From IMG/VR virus record IMGVR_UViG_3300027759_000051: DNA of 64,000 nucleotides; one strand, given 5' to 3'. The position numbers and the translations under genes are program-made. The stretch is from a virus. Below are positions 47,390 through 58,709 of this stretch, in pieces. The notes beneath the pieces were generated by a model. That model had not been told where the DNA came from. It saw only the letters and a program-made list of their open reading frames with translations, and did not search any database. How positions within the stretch are numbered: the stretch's first letter is position 1; each line of letters begins with the position of its first letter.

Positions 47390-48895
47390 GTGGCACGTGT
47401 AATAAACCGTCTCTCAACATACGACGCGCTTCTCTCTGTTGACCCATCTTCTAGAGTTGCAATTCCCCTATCTGGTCAGAATGTTTACCAGTCTTCGAGC
47501 GCAAACTTCATAAACGGATCAGCATCACTCTTTTTAACTGCCCCCGCCTCTGGTTCTGTTGCTATATCTGCTGGTGATCGCATATCAATTGTCGGAAATT
47601 CAAATTCATTTGAGAGCTACGGATCATTAACTGGCGAGAGGCTGGTGCAGGCTGTTGGGACAATTAGTTCACTGAAATTTGTTGTGATAGATGCTGACGC
47701 TTACGCAATCTCAAGACCCACGGCTGTCGGCGCCTCGGCTGACGCTCAGGTTAGAAAAGTATATTCACATTCTTGGGATGTGAATGCCACAACCCAGACA
47801 GTATCAAGCAACTTTGAAAATCTAAGTCGTTATGTTTTAAGAATTATTCCAGAAGACACAACTACCGACATAGTTATGACACTTAGTAACGTTCAGTTAT
47901 TAGCAAGCGATACTGGAAGATTGTTTCAGTTTAACGCCAAATTAAAATCGGAATCAAAAATAGACGTTACTAGCAAGCTTGCAGAATCTGGTGAACTAGC
48001 AGGTCAGGTTGGGGTTTCAAAAACACTGTTTGGCGGAAGGTACGCAGCAATAAGAACAAATCAGCTGACACCATTGATTGGCAACTCTGACTATATATAT
48101 GTTGATATTCAACTGACGATAAGTGGTCATTCCGGTGAAGATATCTACTTCACGCTTCCAAACTTGGTAGATGAAGAAGTTTTTTACGAAAATTGGTTTG
48201 TTCAAAAATCAAGAAGTATTATGCCAGACTTCTATTGGGACTATGATTACGATCAAGAAAATCCTAAGAATCCATTTTTTAAACTAATAGACGCAATGAT
48301 GGTTGTGGCTAACCAAACAAGAGAAGAATATTTTAATAATATTCCTTACGAGAAAAACGAAATTGATTTACTTTCTGAACAAATTAATCCAGAATTTAGA
48401 TCAAATTTAGTTGATCCTTTCTATGTCAAAAACGAATACATTCCTTGGCTGTCGCAGTTTAATGGGGCAAAGATAAAAAGAAACATAACGCTTGCAGACG
48501 GAAGTAGACTTTTCCCAAATACTGCAACAGAAAACGAGTACGCAAGGTGGCAGTTAAATACTGGCTTCTACGGATTGAATGCAGGGACAAGAGAAGCTAT
48601 AATAGAATCGGCACGTCAGGCTCTTATCTTCACAAAAGATGGGACTCAGCCGACTAGGGCTGTTGCGCTGTCAACTGGATATGGCGGAAACGTATTCTCC
48701 ATACGCATACAGACACTCGTCAACGAGACGCCAGACGTAACTTCTGACGGTGAGAGTAGTTACGCAATCTTGGACGCTATTGAGCAGGCTCGCCCACTTG
48801 GGTACAAGATCATTCATACCGCCGCTGACGTCTTTGAATTTACGCTTGGCGACTTTACTTTAGGGGTACTCGGCTCAGTCGGGCTTGGTTCTTGA
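47390..48895 (+). CDS. Baseplate/tail protein I-like
   Basis: YIPWLSQFNG, AGTREAI, ARPLG in the C-terminal part. Confidence 0.6.
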   Translation: MARVINRLSTYDALLSVDPSSRVAIPLSGQNVYQSSSANFINGSASLFLTAPASGSVAISAGDRISIVGNSNSFESYGSLTGERLVQAVGTISSLKFVVIDADAYAISRPTAVGASADAQVRKVYSHSWDVNATTQTVSSNFENLSRYVLRIIPEDTTTDIVMTLSNVQLLASDTGRLFQFNAKLKSESKIDVTSKLAESGELAGQVGVSKTLFGGRYAAIRTNQLTPLIGNSDYIYVDIQLTISGHSGEDIYFTLPNLVDEEVFYENWFVQKSRSIMPDFYWDYDYDQENPKNPFFKLIDAMMVVANQTREEYFNNIPYEKNEIDLLSEQINPEFRSNLVDPFYVKNEYIPWLSQFNGAKIKRNITLADGSRLFPNTATENEYARWQLNTGFYGLNAGTREAIIESARQALIFTKDGTQPTRAVALSTGYGGNVFSIRIQTLVNETPDVTSDGESSYAILDAIEQARPLGYKIIHTAADVFEFTLGDFTLGVLGSVGLGS

Positions 48896-48966
48896 TGATG
48901 TCAATATTTAATGTATTTTTTAACAATATTTCAATGATAAACTGTTTTTATATGGGAGTATAAATT

Positions 48967-49893
48967 ATGCCGATTAAAAAATTTGTAGATGCGGAAATCC
49001 TGACCGCAGATGAAGTAAATACATATTTGATGGATCAGACCGTTGTTGTCTTTGAAAACGCCGCGGCGAGAGATGCCGCATTTTCCACAGTAAACGCAGC
49101 CCTCCCAACCCGCGGTGACGGTGGCAGACTTTGCTATCTGAAAAACACTGCTGTAATCCAGTACTGGAACGGAACCACTTGGGTTGACTCGTCTTCGTTT
49201 ACCACGCCAGATGACTCAATAACTAATGCAAAAGTAAATACAAGCGCTGCAATAGCACTCTCAAAACTCGCATCTGGCACATCTGGTCAGATAATCGTTG
49301 CAAACTCTTCTGGAGTGCCTACATACGTAACCCTCAGTGGTGATGCAACAATCTCCAATGCGGGCGTTGTCTCAATTGGGGCAAATAATGTTGCTCTAGG
49401 AACCGATACAACCGGAGACTATGTTGCTTCACTTGTTCAGGGGACGGGCTTAACAATAACCAATAACTCCGGCGAGGGAGCAACTCCAACTATCTCAATC
49501 GGTCAGGCAGTGGGAACCGCAAGCAATGTTCAGTTTGCAGCCATCACAGGTTCTTCAGCGTCAGTCACGGGAAACGTGGTTTATCACATAGGAACAGCAT
49601 CGGTAGCCTCTGGTGGGTCGCTTTCCTTATCCGAAAACGGTAAGTTTGTTGAACTCACTGGCAATAGTGCCACGCTGACGGTTCCCAACATAAGTTGGAC
49701 GCCTGGCTCTCAAATAACCGTTATGCAAATGGGGACAGGTTCTGCAACCATAACCTTCACGGGAGCAACCGACATAAAAGCCGAACCGCGAACTTCAGCC
49801 AGTGTTATCACCTTTAGGACGCAATATTCAAGCGCTACGCTGATAAACCGCGGTTCAGCCGACTGGTACGCCATAGGCGATTTGAAGGCCTAA
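48967..49893 (+). CDS. Tail fibre/adaptor protein
   Basis: ILTADEVNTYLMDQTV.VF, fibre repeats, C-terminal RTQYSSATL...IGDL. Confidence 0.65.
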   Translation: MPIKKFVDAEILTADEVNTYLMDQTVVVFENAAARDAAFSTVNAALPTRGDGGRLCYLKNTAVIQYWNGTTWVDSSSFTTPDDSITNAKVNTSAAIALSKLASGTSGQIIVANSSGVPTYVTLSGDATISNAGVVSIGANNVALGTDTTGDYVASLVQGTGLTITNNSGEGATPTISIGQAVGTASNVQFAAITGSSASVTGNVVYHIGTASVASGGSLSLSENGKFVELTGNSATLTVPNISWTPGSQITVMQMGTGSATITFTGATDIKAEPRTSASVITFRTQYSSATLINRGSADWYAIGDLKA

Positions 49894-49895
49894 TC

Positions 49896-51344
49896 GTGGC
49901 ATTAGGACCGCTATCTCAGCCAGGCGCTAGCGCAAGGCTTCCAACAGCCCCAACGAGCATTTCTGCCACGGCGGTCTCGGGTGGGCAAGCAACTGTATCC
50001 TTCGTGGCGTCAACCAACCCAGGCAAGGGTTCCGGGAACTACGTAGTTACTTCATCTCCTAGTTCATTTACCGCAAATGGTGCTAGTTCTCCCATAACGG
50101 TAACTGGATTGGCTACTGGTACTGCATACACATTTACGGTAGTGAAGCAATCTGGGTCGGGAATAAGTTCTGCAACTTCTGGTGCTTCTGGCTCGATTAC
50201 CGCCTTTGTTCCACCAACTTTTGGCACTCAAACAGGGACATCAACTGCTACTGCCCCAAGCACCTCAACTACGGGTATTTCCAACGTATACACAACAACC
50301 GGAACTCTCAGTTATTCTCTTGGCGCTGGTGCTGCATTTTATGACTATTCAAGGATTTCTGGAACTGCGGTTACGCCGTCTGGAGACTCGCTAAGTGGTC
50401 TTGCTGAAAATACATCACACGAATGGCGTGTCAGAACAACAAATACTTCATCAACTTTTGCCTTAACCACAAGAGTCACCCCAAACGGAAGTACGACAAC
50501 AGTTGCAGTTGAGTACGGAACCTCCGGGAGTTACGGTTCTAGCGCTGGTTCAGTAAGCATAGGCGCAGGGATATCTGAAGTCACATCGTCGTGGAACCTT
50601 GGGTCCAGTACTTCAGCGACCATATACTGGCGCGCTACGGCAACTTATGCTGGTGGAGCTTCAGTGCAAACAACTGGGACAATAAGTAGAGAAGTTTCTG
50701 TTTATAACGGTAACTCTACTGGTGCATTCATTACCTACACCAGTCGCACATACACCAACGATGCTACTTCAATGAGCATTACAAAACCATCCTACGGAGC
50801 AAATATCCCTCTTGAATTCTGGCTTACGGGTGGCGGTGGTGGTGGTGGAAATACTTCTAGCGCCCTTGGCTATGGAGGTGGGGGTGGTGGAGCAATAACT
50901 ACAGCGAGTGCACTGACACATACATCTGGAAATATAACAATATCGCGCGGTGCCGGAGTGGCGGCTGGCGGAACCGGTGGAACTACTTCGTTATCGTACT
51001 CTGGTGGAACATACACCGCTGCTGGAGGAAATCCAGGAACTGGAAACTTCCAAGGCGGAAGCAGTGGAAATGGCAATGCTGGGCATCTAGGCAGTGGAAT
51101 TACTGGAGGCGGTGGTGGCGGTGTAGCGGGTGCTGCTACGAATCTTAACGGCGGCTCTGGAAATACGTTTGTTCAGCACTCAGGAGGCGGTCCCGGATTC
51201 TACGATAATGGATTTGGCTCATTCGGCTATGGTGTCTACATATACAGCGCCGAAGGAAACTCTGGCGCTGGTGGCAAGGGCGCTGGCGGCTCTGGCGCTA
51301 CAGGGTATTTCAACATAACATATGTCGGTCCAGCAAGAAACTAG
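49896..51344 (+). CDS. FN3-like plus glycine-rich receptor-binding/fibre protein
   Basis: PTAPTSISAT...ITVTGLATGTAYTFTV; GGGGGG tracts. Confidence 0.65.
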   Translation: MALGPLSQPGASARLPTAPTSISATAVSGGQATVSFVASTNPGKGSGNYVVTSSPSSFTANGASSPITVTGLATGTAYTFTVVKQSGSGISSATSGASGSITAFVPPTFGTQTGTSTATAPSTSTTGISNVYTTTGTLSYSLGAGAAFYDYSRISGTAVTPSGDSLSGLAENTSHEWRVRTTNTSSTFALTTRVTPNGSTTTVAVEYGTSGSYGSSAGSVSIGAGISEVTSSWNLGSSTSATIYWRATATYAGGASVQTTGTISREVSVYNGNSTGAFITYTSRTYTNDATSMSITKPSYGANIPLEFWLTGGGGGGGNTSSALGYGGGGGGAITTASALTHTSGNITISRGAGVAAGGTGGTTSLSYSGGTYTAAGGNPGTGNFQGGSSGNGNAGHLGSGITGGGGGGVAGAATNLNGGSGNTFVQHSGGGPGFYDNGFGSFGYGVYIYSAEGNSGAGGKGAGGSGATGYFNITYVGPARN

Positions 51345-51355
51345 CGAGGGATATA

Positions 51356-51766
51356 GTGCCATCATTTTATTTTGCACAAATTGACAGTGAGGATAACGTC
51401 ATAAATATCCTTGCCTCAAATGAAGACTGCGAAGATGCGGAAGTAGATTTAAATTCTTTAAAAACAATTTTCCCTACAGATATATGGGTTCAAACATATC
51501 GGGAAGTAGAAGGCGTTCGCTTTGCATCAATTGGTGGAAAATACGACAGTGAAACAAACTCTTTTATTGATAAAAAACCCGAAGAATACCCTTCTTTTGT
51601 ATTGAATAACGGTGGATGGTATCCACCCATCCCTAAGCCAGATAAATATACGGCAGACAATTGGCCACTTGAAAATGGGGAATATACTGACGCTCATGCA
51701 TTTTACTGGGATGAGGAATCGCTATCTTGGAAAATTATGATTTTCAGGCCAGATAATGATATTTAA
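51356..51766 (+). CDS. Fibre-associated small protein
   Basis: FAQID..NVINI, WVQTY, FASIGGKYD, PPIPKP, WDEESLSW; typical partner of Gly-rich fibres. Confidence 0.6.
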   Translation: MPSFYFAQIDSEDNVINILASNEDCEDAEVDLNSLKTIFPTDIWVQTYREVEGVRFASIGGKYDSETNSFIDKKPEEYPSFVLNNGGWYPPIPKPDKYTADNWPLENGEYTDAHAFYWDEESLSWKIMIFRPDNDI

Positions 51767-51980
51767 GCGTACAACCGGGAAGAACCATAAAGTATCGCCG
51801 CTTGACCTCGTTAAGAAAGATACCGACTTTGCTCCAGTTGAGATTCAAGAATCACGCTACTCAGTATGCACTGATTGTGACCGCTTGACCAAGACAACCA
51901 AACAGTGCAAAGAATGCGGTTGCTTCATGAAACTCAAGGTGAAGCTAGCTGAGGCAGTTTGCCCACTTAATAAGTGGTAA
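51756..51980 (+). CDS. Small Cys-rich protein (CxxC..CxxCGC..CP..W)
   Basis: RYSVCTDC...CKECGCFMKLK...CPLNKW. Confidence 0.7.
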   Translation: MIFKRTTGKNHKVSPLDLVKKDTDFAPVEIQESRYSVCTDCDRLTKTTKQCKECGCFMKLKVKLAEAVCPLNKW

Positions 51981-52319
51981 CTAGCTCTCTTCAATCCCGT
52001 TAAAAGTAACGGATACAGACGCTCCACCGGAATTAGAGAAAACAACAAGTTTCTCAGAAGCGGTTAAGACCAAGGAAGTATTGAGAAGAATCGTTTCTTT
52101 TGCAGATATTGGGGCATCAAATACGAAGCAATCTGCCTCATTTAGTGTTGAGTCACTCGACCCAAGAACGCCAATCCTGAAAGACGCAGGCGATACGGTT
52201 GAGGTGTTGCAAGCCATCACCTGTTTAACTATGGCGGTTGTAGCTAATGGAACGGTATAGGCAATAGACGCAGAAGAAATCATTGCTGGCCCATATAGGC
52301 GTTTTGGCGTTATTGTCAC
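51981..52319 (-). CDS. Small beta-rich virion-type protein
   Basis: YTVP..TTAIVKQVMACNT, LVLTASEKL. Confidence 0.6.
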   Translation of the reverse strand: MTITPKRLYGPAMISSASIAYTVPLATTAIVKQVMACNTSTVSPASFRIGVLGSSDSTLNEADCFVFDAPISAKETILLNTSLVLTASEKLVVFSNSGGASVSVTFNGIEES

Positions 52320-52427
52320 TGGAAAACCTCCATTAAGAACTTTATTTTACTATTTAAATACCTTCAAAAGCATCATTTCTTAGTCTTTGTTTTTAATAGT
52401 TGCAACATTTTACCCATGCCTAGTTGA

Positions 52428-53242
<815 letters not shown>

Positions 53243-53243
<1 letters not shown>

Positions 53244-54085
53244 TGCGAGGGCGAATAGGGATATTTGCAATCAAAATTTCGGCTACGGTGCCTAACGCGC
53301 CTGCTGCTCCTACGGTTTCTCAGGGTACTGGCGCAAATACAACGGACACTTTTACCTGGGTAGCCCCAGCAGCCAATGGTGCAGCAATTACTCAGTACGG
53401 CTACCAGACAAGCACCAACAATGGCGCTAGTTACAATGCCGAGGTTACGACAGCAAACCTCACCTTAGGGATAGAAACTGCCTATTCAGCGATTTCCTAC
53501 AAACTAAGAGTCAGGGCTTATAACTCTGTTGGTGCGGGTCCTTACAGTACAATTTCTACTAACGGTACTGGTGCTTGGGCGTTGGGTGCTGTTTCTCAAT
53601 CACAGAGTTGTTCACAAAGTTGTTCACAAGGTTGTTCTTGTGGTGCTTGTGATTGTGGTTCAAACAATGGTACACAAACAGGGACACAAACAGGTACACA
53701 AAGCAGGACATGCTATACTTGGACTAGGTCAGGTAGCACAACTTCAATAGCCTATAACTCTAACGGAACCACTGCTTGTAATGCTACTTACGGTGCATGT
53801 GGTTCATTTGGTGCTTGTGGTTCATTTGGTGGATGTACGGCTTGTTCGGGTTGTGGTACATGGTCTGATGTTTCACAAGATTATGGTGCTGGAACAATTT
53901 GCGACACAAATGGTGGTGGTTGTGTGGCAATGTATTGGAATGGAAGCGTATTTGCCTACTCTGCTTATTCAAACGATGCTGTTTGTGGTCCAGGTAATTG
54001 GGAAAATAACTTTTACATTGTTCAAAGATGTTCTGCAACTGGCGCATTGCGCTACAGGGCTGGACCTTTCTGCATAGAGTCATAA
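53243..54085 (+). CDS. FN3 domain plus Cys-rich protein
   Basis: VPNAPAAP..TWVAPAANGAAITQY..RVRAYNSVGAGPYS; numerous Cys. Confidence 0.7.
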
Positions 54086-54096
54086 AAGGAGGGAAA

Positions 54097-54354
54097 ATGC
54101 AAATTATAAGCAAAGATGCTTGGCTTGAATGGAGAAAGAAAAACATTGAACGTCAAGAAACTGGTGTAGTGCGACCTTGGGATTTTATAAACCCAGATAC
54201 CCAATTTGCGCCAGAAGAAGAACAAGACCGTAGATACTCAATATGTTCTGACTGCACCCATTTAACAGCATTAAAAACTTGTACGCATTGCGGATGTTTT
54301 ATGCCAAACAAAACAAAGTTGTTACATGCTAAATGTCCAATAGGAAAATGGTAA
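54097..54354 (+). CDS. Small Cys-rich protein, paralog of 51756-51980
   Basis: SD AGGAGG; RYSICSDC...CTHCGCFMPNK...CPIGKW. Confidence 0.72.
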   Translation: MQIISKDAWLEWRKKNIERQETGVVRPWDFINPDTQFAPEEEQDRRYSICSDCTHLTALKTCTHCGCFMPNKTKLLHAKCPIGKW

Positions 54355-54356
54355 AC

Positions 54357-54476
54357 GTGATTAGCGTTATCACTTGCACGTACAACACACCACCCGATGT
54401 ACTAGCCCGAACATGGGCATCCCTTAAAGCACAGACCTTCACCGATTGGGAATGGGTGGTCAATCCTGTTTTTTAA
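54357..54476 (+). pseudogene. Truncated GT2 glycosyltransferase N-terminus
   Basis: MISVITCTYNTPPDVLARTWASLKAQTFTDWEWVV, then runs into the convergent gene. Confidence 0.7.
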
Positions 54477-55527
54477 TTTCATACCATCCAGCACCCCAAA
54501 GTGTCTGTAGACGGTAGAAATACTTTTGATACATTAAGCCAACAGCTTCTAATCCGTAGCGTCCCTTGGAGTACTCGCTAATTGCTTTACGGTCAAGAGT
54601 TTTGACGTTCTCGGCGGCATCTATAAACTCTTGCAAAGTGTGACACCTAAACCCTGTCATGCCGTCAATAACTGTTTCCGTGAATGCGCCCCAGTCAGTA
54701 GAGATAACTGGTGAACCACAGGCCATCGCCTCAACAGCTACCGTGCCAAAAGGCTCCACGTAAAGAGTGGGGGTGAATGTAGCGATAGCCCCACCCATTA
54801 GTTTGGCGCGTTCTTCTGTACCCACTACTCCGACGTATTCACCGTATTCGGGTGGAGTTCCCTGCCCGGCGATGAGCAGGCGCTTCCCGAGCAATTTACA
54901 CACATCTACGGCGATCTGATACCCCTTGCGGTCAATCAGACGACCAATGTACAGATAGTAATCTTCTGGCGTTTCTTGTAGCGGAAAGTCTTTAACGTCA
55001 ATGTAGCTCGGTATTACCGTGTCATAGAACTTACCATCGAGTGCGTGAGGGTCGGTTACCTTAGACCCGTAGCAAGAGTGCATCCATGCGTAGGACTCAA
55101 ATACTTTGTAGTCCGCAAATGACCCGCCGTACCCAATGCCAAACTCTACGCTAATCGCTTGTGGAAATGCGTCGGCAATTGGCTTAGAGGCATAGCCAGC
55201 GATTAAGCAAATAAAGTCTTTTTTTTCAAATCTGTTGCCAATTTCTCTAATGGCATTTCCGTTAAAAGTCCTCCAATGGGGAAGGTTCCAGTCAAAAGAA
55301 GCTGCTGAGTAGTGATTGTTGCCTACAGCGCCTAAGCGCTGTTCTTCAGTAATGCATGTAATGTGCTCGTCACATGGTGCCTCATTGAACTCACCTCCAT
55401 AGAGGAATACGGCATGCCCGAGATCCTTCATCATGATGCAGAACTTGCGGACTTTCTCCGTGTAGGCACAAGCCGTGAAGTCTTCAGTCGTGTTTGTGTG
55501 CGGGAGGGAGACTACATGAAAACGCAT
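54460..55527 (-). CDS. Glycosyltransferase (GT-B, GT4-like)
   Basis: YLYIGRLIDRKG, EPFGTVAVEAMACGSPVISTDWG. Confidence 0.88.
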   Translation of the reverse strand: MRFHVVSLPHTNTTEDFTACAYTEKVRKFCIMMKDLGHAVFLYGGEFNEAPCDEHITCITEEQRLGAVGNNHYSAASFDWNLPHWRTFNGNAIREIGNRFEKKDFICLIAGYASKPIADAFPQAISVEFGIGYGGSFADYKVFESYAWMHSCYGSKVTDPHALDGKFYDTVIPSYIDVKDFPLQETPEDYYLYIGRLIDRKGYQIAVDVCKLLGKRLLIAGQGTPPEYGEYVGVVGTEERAKLMGGAIATFTPTLYVEPFGTVAVEAMACGSPVISTDWGAFTETVIDGMTGFRCHTLQEFIDAAENVKTLDRKAISEYSKGRYGLEAVGLMYQKYFYRLQTLWGAGWYEIKKQD

Positions 55528-55529
55528 AT

Positions 55530-56138
55530 TTATTTCTCCACGGCAAGAACTATGCTGTCAACGCAGGAATGGACTTTTGATGTTGCGTACATCTCGTACT
55601 TTAGCCCTGTTTTATCAAAGTAGTCTTTTAATTCAGAAGAACGTTGCTCGTAGCTGTCCATGTTGTAGTTATCAAAAAGAATATCTTCAATCATATAAAT
55701 TCCGCCATCTTCAACAATGTCAAACATATTTTCAAACGTCTTGATTGTCAGTTCAACGATATGCGAAGCGTCGTCAAGAACAATGTCAACTTTTTTTCCA
55801 ATTAGCTTCTTTAGATGCTGCAGAGTATTTGGATTTTTTTGATCAATGAAATACGTTTTGATTTTGCCGCGCTCAAAGAGAAGGTGCTCTTTTATATCTG
55901 CTCCATAGATATCAGCGTCCGGAAACGTCTCCGCCCAGGCAAATAAGTCAGTGTGCTGATTGTCGCCTAAGAACAAACCTATTTCCAGAAATGATTTTGG
56001 AGATCTATGCGCAAGAAGGTGCGAATACACTTCCTCATAGCCGTGGTGAGAAGACTTGTCTGAACCAGCAGCAGTAAACTCTAAAGAAAGTTTTTTAGCA
56101 AAGTTTTCGTCGTATGAGTATTCTTTATGTAGTTTCAC
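55530..56138 (-). CDS. Class I SAM-dependent methyltransferase
   Basis: GSDKSSHHGY, FLEIG, YGADI, DIVLDDASH, GGIYMIED; likely GTG start at 56138. Confidence 0.78.
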   Translation of the reverse strand: MKLHKEYSYDENFAKKLSLEFTAAGSDKSSHHGYEEVYSHLLAHRSPKSFLEIGLFLGDNQHTDLFAWAETFPDADIYGADIKEHLLFERGKIKTYFIDQKNPNTLQHLKKLIGKKVDIVLDDASHIVELTIKTFENMFDIVEDGGIYMIEDILFDNYNMDSYEQRSSELKDYFDKTGLKYEMYATSKVHSCVDSIVLAVEK

Positions 56139-56139
56139 T

Positions 56140-56526
56140 TTAGAACCACCAGAAGTGTTTAAGGATTGAAAGTGATGCAAGAACAACCCAAGCGCAGTTA
56201 AACAAAATAATTGTTGGGAGCGTTTTACGAGTTGAAGTCCAAATAAGAGCGACGCTCGAGATAATGGCAAAGATATAGAGCCACCAGAACTGCTTGCCGA
56301 GAAGTAGGCCGGGAAAAATAATTGCAATCTTGGTAGTAAATCCCCATGCTTCTACTGTATTGACACGGTTCCAATACTTCTTGGAACTCATTGTTTTGAC
56401 GGCGTTGAATACCTTGTTGTTAATTTTTCGTTTCTTCATGTTGGCCGTTTTGTAAGTTTCCCCAAGCAAGTATGACAAGTCTTCAGCTGCAACATTTTTA
56501 TTAGTTTTCGCCATCCGCTTCATCAT
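56140..56526 (-). CDS. Small membrane protein (start may be 56391)
   Basis: Three hydrophobic segments in the C-terminal 83 aa. Confidence 0.6.
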   Translation of the reverse strand: MMKRMAKTNKNVAAEDLSYLLGETYKTANMKKRKINNKVFNAVKTMSSKKYWNRVNTVEAWGFTTKIAIIFPGLLLGKQFWWLYIFAIISSVALIWTSTRKTLPTIILFNCAWVVLASLSILKHFWWF

Positions 56527-57277
56527 TTTCCCTTCGTTTCTGTCTGTAGAACAACGTGGGATCTTTTGCTTTCATCAAAAGTTTTCCTGTTCCGCCGTTT
56601 TTGACTAAATTAAAAAGAGATTTATTACCCCAAACCAGTGTTTCAATTTCTGCGTCTCTTCTTATTGGAAGCATGTGCTGGAGCGGTGTTCCTTCCGGAA
56701 TCATGAACTCTTCTCTGGATCTAATATTTAGCACAATATGAATTTGATGATAATAGTCTGAATGTACAATTCCGGGAACAACCGTGTATCGAGGGTCTGG
56801 CTCGCTAAGAACTGGCAGTGCAAGCAAAGATGTACCCTTTTCCGTTACGTACCTCCACGGGGATACGAGTTTTGGAAAATGAGATTCTGGAAGTTCTCTA
56901 TCTTTCGTAAAAGGACACTCCCCTGTCATTTGAAAAGGAAATCCTTCAACTTGAAATCTAACTTCTTCGTCAAACTGATCCATTTTGAGGTCAAAAGTTT
57001 TACCATCCACAGACGGTCTGACATAGATATTTGACCATGCAGGGATAGTAAAACCGCTTGTCATGTAGTCGTAGTTTCCTTGGCATCTCCTAAAAGAATC
57101 TTTACCTTTGGGAAGTTTATGAAACCAAGATGGAAGGTTGCTTTTATTAAGGTATGGAGGGTTTTTTAATAAGCGATTATCCATCGGAATGATAATCACT
57201 TCACCTTTTTTAGCCTTTGGAATGTCAGAATGAAATAAAAATTGTTTATATTTGTATTTGTCGGAGCGCTTCCGCAT
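56501..57277 (-). CDS. Conserved phage protein (DUF6065/dUTPase-fold-like)
   Basis: PSWF, RRCQG..DYMTSGF.IP, SPW...T..G.S, PGIVHSD, GTPL.H..P. Confidence 0.5.
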   Translation of the reverse strand: MRKRSDKYKYKQFLFHSDIPKAKKGEVIIIPMDNRLLKNPPYLNKSNLPSWFHKLPKGKDSFRRCQGNYDYMTSGFTIPAWSNIYVRPSVDGKTFDLKMDQFDEEVRFQVEGFPFQMTGECPFTKDRELPESHFPKLVSPWRYVTEKGTSLLALPVLSEPDPRYTVVPGIVHSDYYHQIHIVLNIRSREEFMIPEGTPLQHMLPIRRDAEIETLVWGNKSLFNLVKNGGTGKLLMKAKDPTLFYRQKRRENDEADGEN

Positions 57278-58709
57278 GATCTACCTTTGTGTGGCTTGAT
57301 TGAAACAATTTTGCTTTGAAAACTTCTTGTTTTGTTTCTTCTTTTATGTTGTACATAGAAATCATGCGTTCTGCTGCGTCTCTAGATAAAAGCTTTTGAC
57401 CTTGAGCAACATGGTAAAGATGCGGCATTATGAACATTTCGTAGTTATTGGTCTCCACATCGTAATATGAGGGAGATCTTTCTTGCCACAAGTCCAACAA
57501 TTCTTGAAGATAATCTGGCACCTTCATCTCCTTTTGAGCAAGCCACATAGGAGAGTCTGTTCTGTCAGAAATATAGTGAAGAGATATCATTGCGAGAATA
57601 TTCTCCATCATTGTGTTCATTTTTTTATTAAAATTCTTTTGAATAGAAACACAGCCTGGTTTATAGCTTTGCAAGTTTTGCACTAAGCACCTTACTTGCT
57701 GAATTGTTCCGCCAATAGATGTTGCCTCAATAGGTTCTACGAACGCAGAAGCCAGACCAATAGCAACGCAGTTTTTGATCCACATTTCTTTTAAGTGACC
57801 TGGATCAAATTTAATTGACTTAGCAGGCTCTACTTGAAAGCCAAGAAGCTTTGAAACCTCGTCAATTGCTTGCGTCTCAGTGCAGTGGCGAGAAGAGTAC
57901 ACGTAACCGTTTCCACGTCGCTCTTGGGTGGGTATTTCCCAGACCCAACCACTAGACATGGCTCTTGCTCGAGTGTACGGTCTTATTTCCCCTGATGGAT
58001 CCGATTCTGTAGGGAAAGCTATTGCTGAATCCATCTGTAGGTACTCAGAAAAACTATTCCATTCCTGATGCTTCATTCTAGATATCAGCACTCTCTTCAT
58101 TCCCGAAGCATCTATCCAAAAATCTGAAGCAATCTTTGTTTTGTCATCTAGGAGTACCGACTCAATGTCACCAGTTGCGTTGTTGCAAGACACGTCTATT
58201 ACGTCTTTATCAATAAAAACAACGCCTCTTTCGGCTGCAATACGAGTAAGGTAATTGTTCAACTTAAACGTATCAAAATGAAATTGATTCACCAATCCAT
58301 GAGGATTCGCTGAACTCACTTTGTTTTCAATCATTGACCTTGGGCCAATATTTTCTGTAAGAGTTTTCCCTTGGGCAACAAGACCGTTGTAAAGAGAATA
58401 CGTTTCAAAATAAGTTAATCTTTCAGCAGAACTTACGCTGTGGAAGTAGTCGGGGGTGTGGTTTGTCCAGTTTTCAAACCTGATTCCGTTTTTGTGAGTA
58501 CCAGCCGTTTCGTTTAGAACCTCAACAACAGGAAGTTCACACATCTCCATAAAAGTTCGCCAATGCTCAGTTGAGCCCTCTCCAACGCCAATAATCCCAA
58601 TTTTGGAAGAGTAGATGATATTTATCTCAATCAAGGGAAAGGCTTTTTTCAAGATTAAAGAAGCAATGAGTCCAGCGGTTCCGCTGCCAACAATTGTTAT
58701 TTTCTTCAT
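57246..58709 (-). CDS. Flavin-dependent (tryptophan) halogenase family protein
   Basis: GSGTAG, GVGEGST, THKNGI, WVWEIP, FVEPIEATSI. Confidence 0.88.
   Translation of the reverse strand: MKKITIVGSGTAGLIASLILKKAFPLIEINIIYSSKIGIIGVGEGSTEHWRTFMEMCELPVVEVLNETAGTHKNGIRFENWTNHTPDYFHSVSSAERLTYFETYSLYNGLVAQGKTLTENIGPRSMIENKVSSANPHGLVNQFHFDTFKLNNYLTRIAAERGVVFIDKDVIDVSCNNATGDIESVLLDDKTKIASDFWIDASGMKRVLISRMKHQEWNSFSEYLQMDSAIAFPTESDPSGEIRPYTRARAMSSGWVWEIPTQERRGNGYVYSSRHCTETQAIDEVSKLLGFQVEPAKSIKFDPGHLKEMWIKNCVAIGLASAFVEPIEATSIGGTIQQVRCLVQNLQSYKPGCVSIQKNFNKKMNTMMENILAMISLHYISDRTDSPMWLAQKEMKVPDYLQELLDLWQERSPSYYDVETNNYEMFIMPHLYHVAQGQKLLSRDAAERMISMYNIKEETKQEVFKAKLFQSSHTKVDHAEALRQIQI

Noticed and set aside
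33996-52404. AGTTGCA/AGTTCCA as a late-promoter upstream motif (33996, 36085, 52398)
   Set aside because: Only three instances, with inconsistent spacing to the -10 (22, 21 and 25 nt); not supportable.
55530-56327. 265-aa version of the methyltransferase
   Set aside because: The extension overlaps the upstream membrane gene; a GTG at 56138, right after that gene's stop, fits better.
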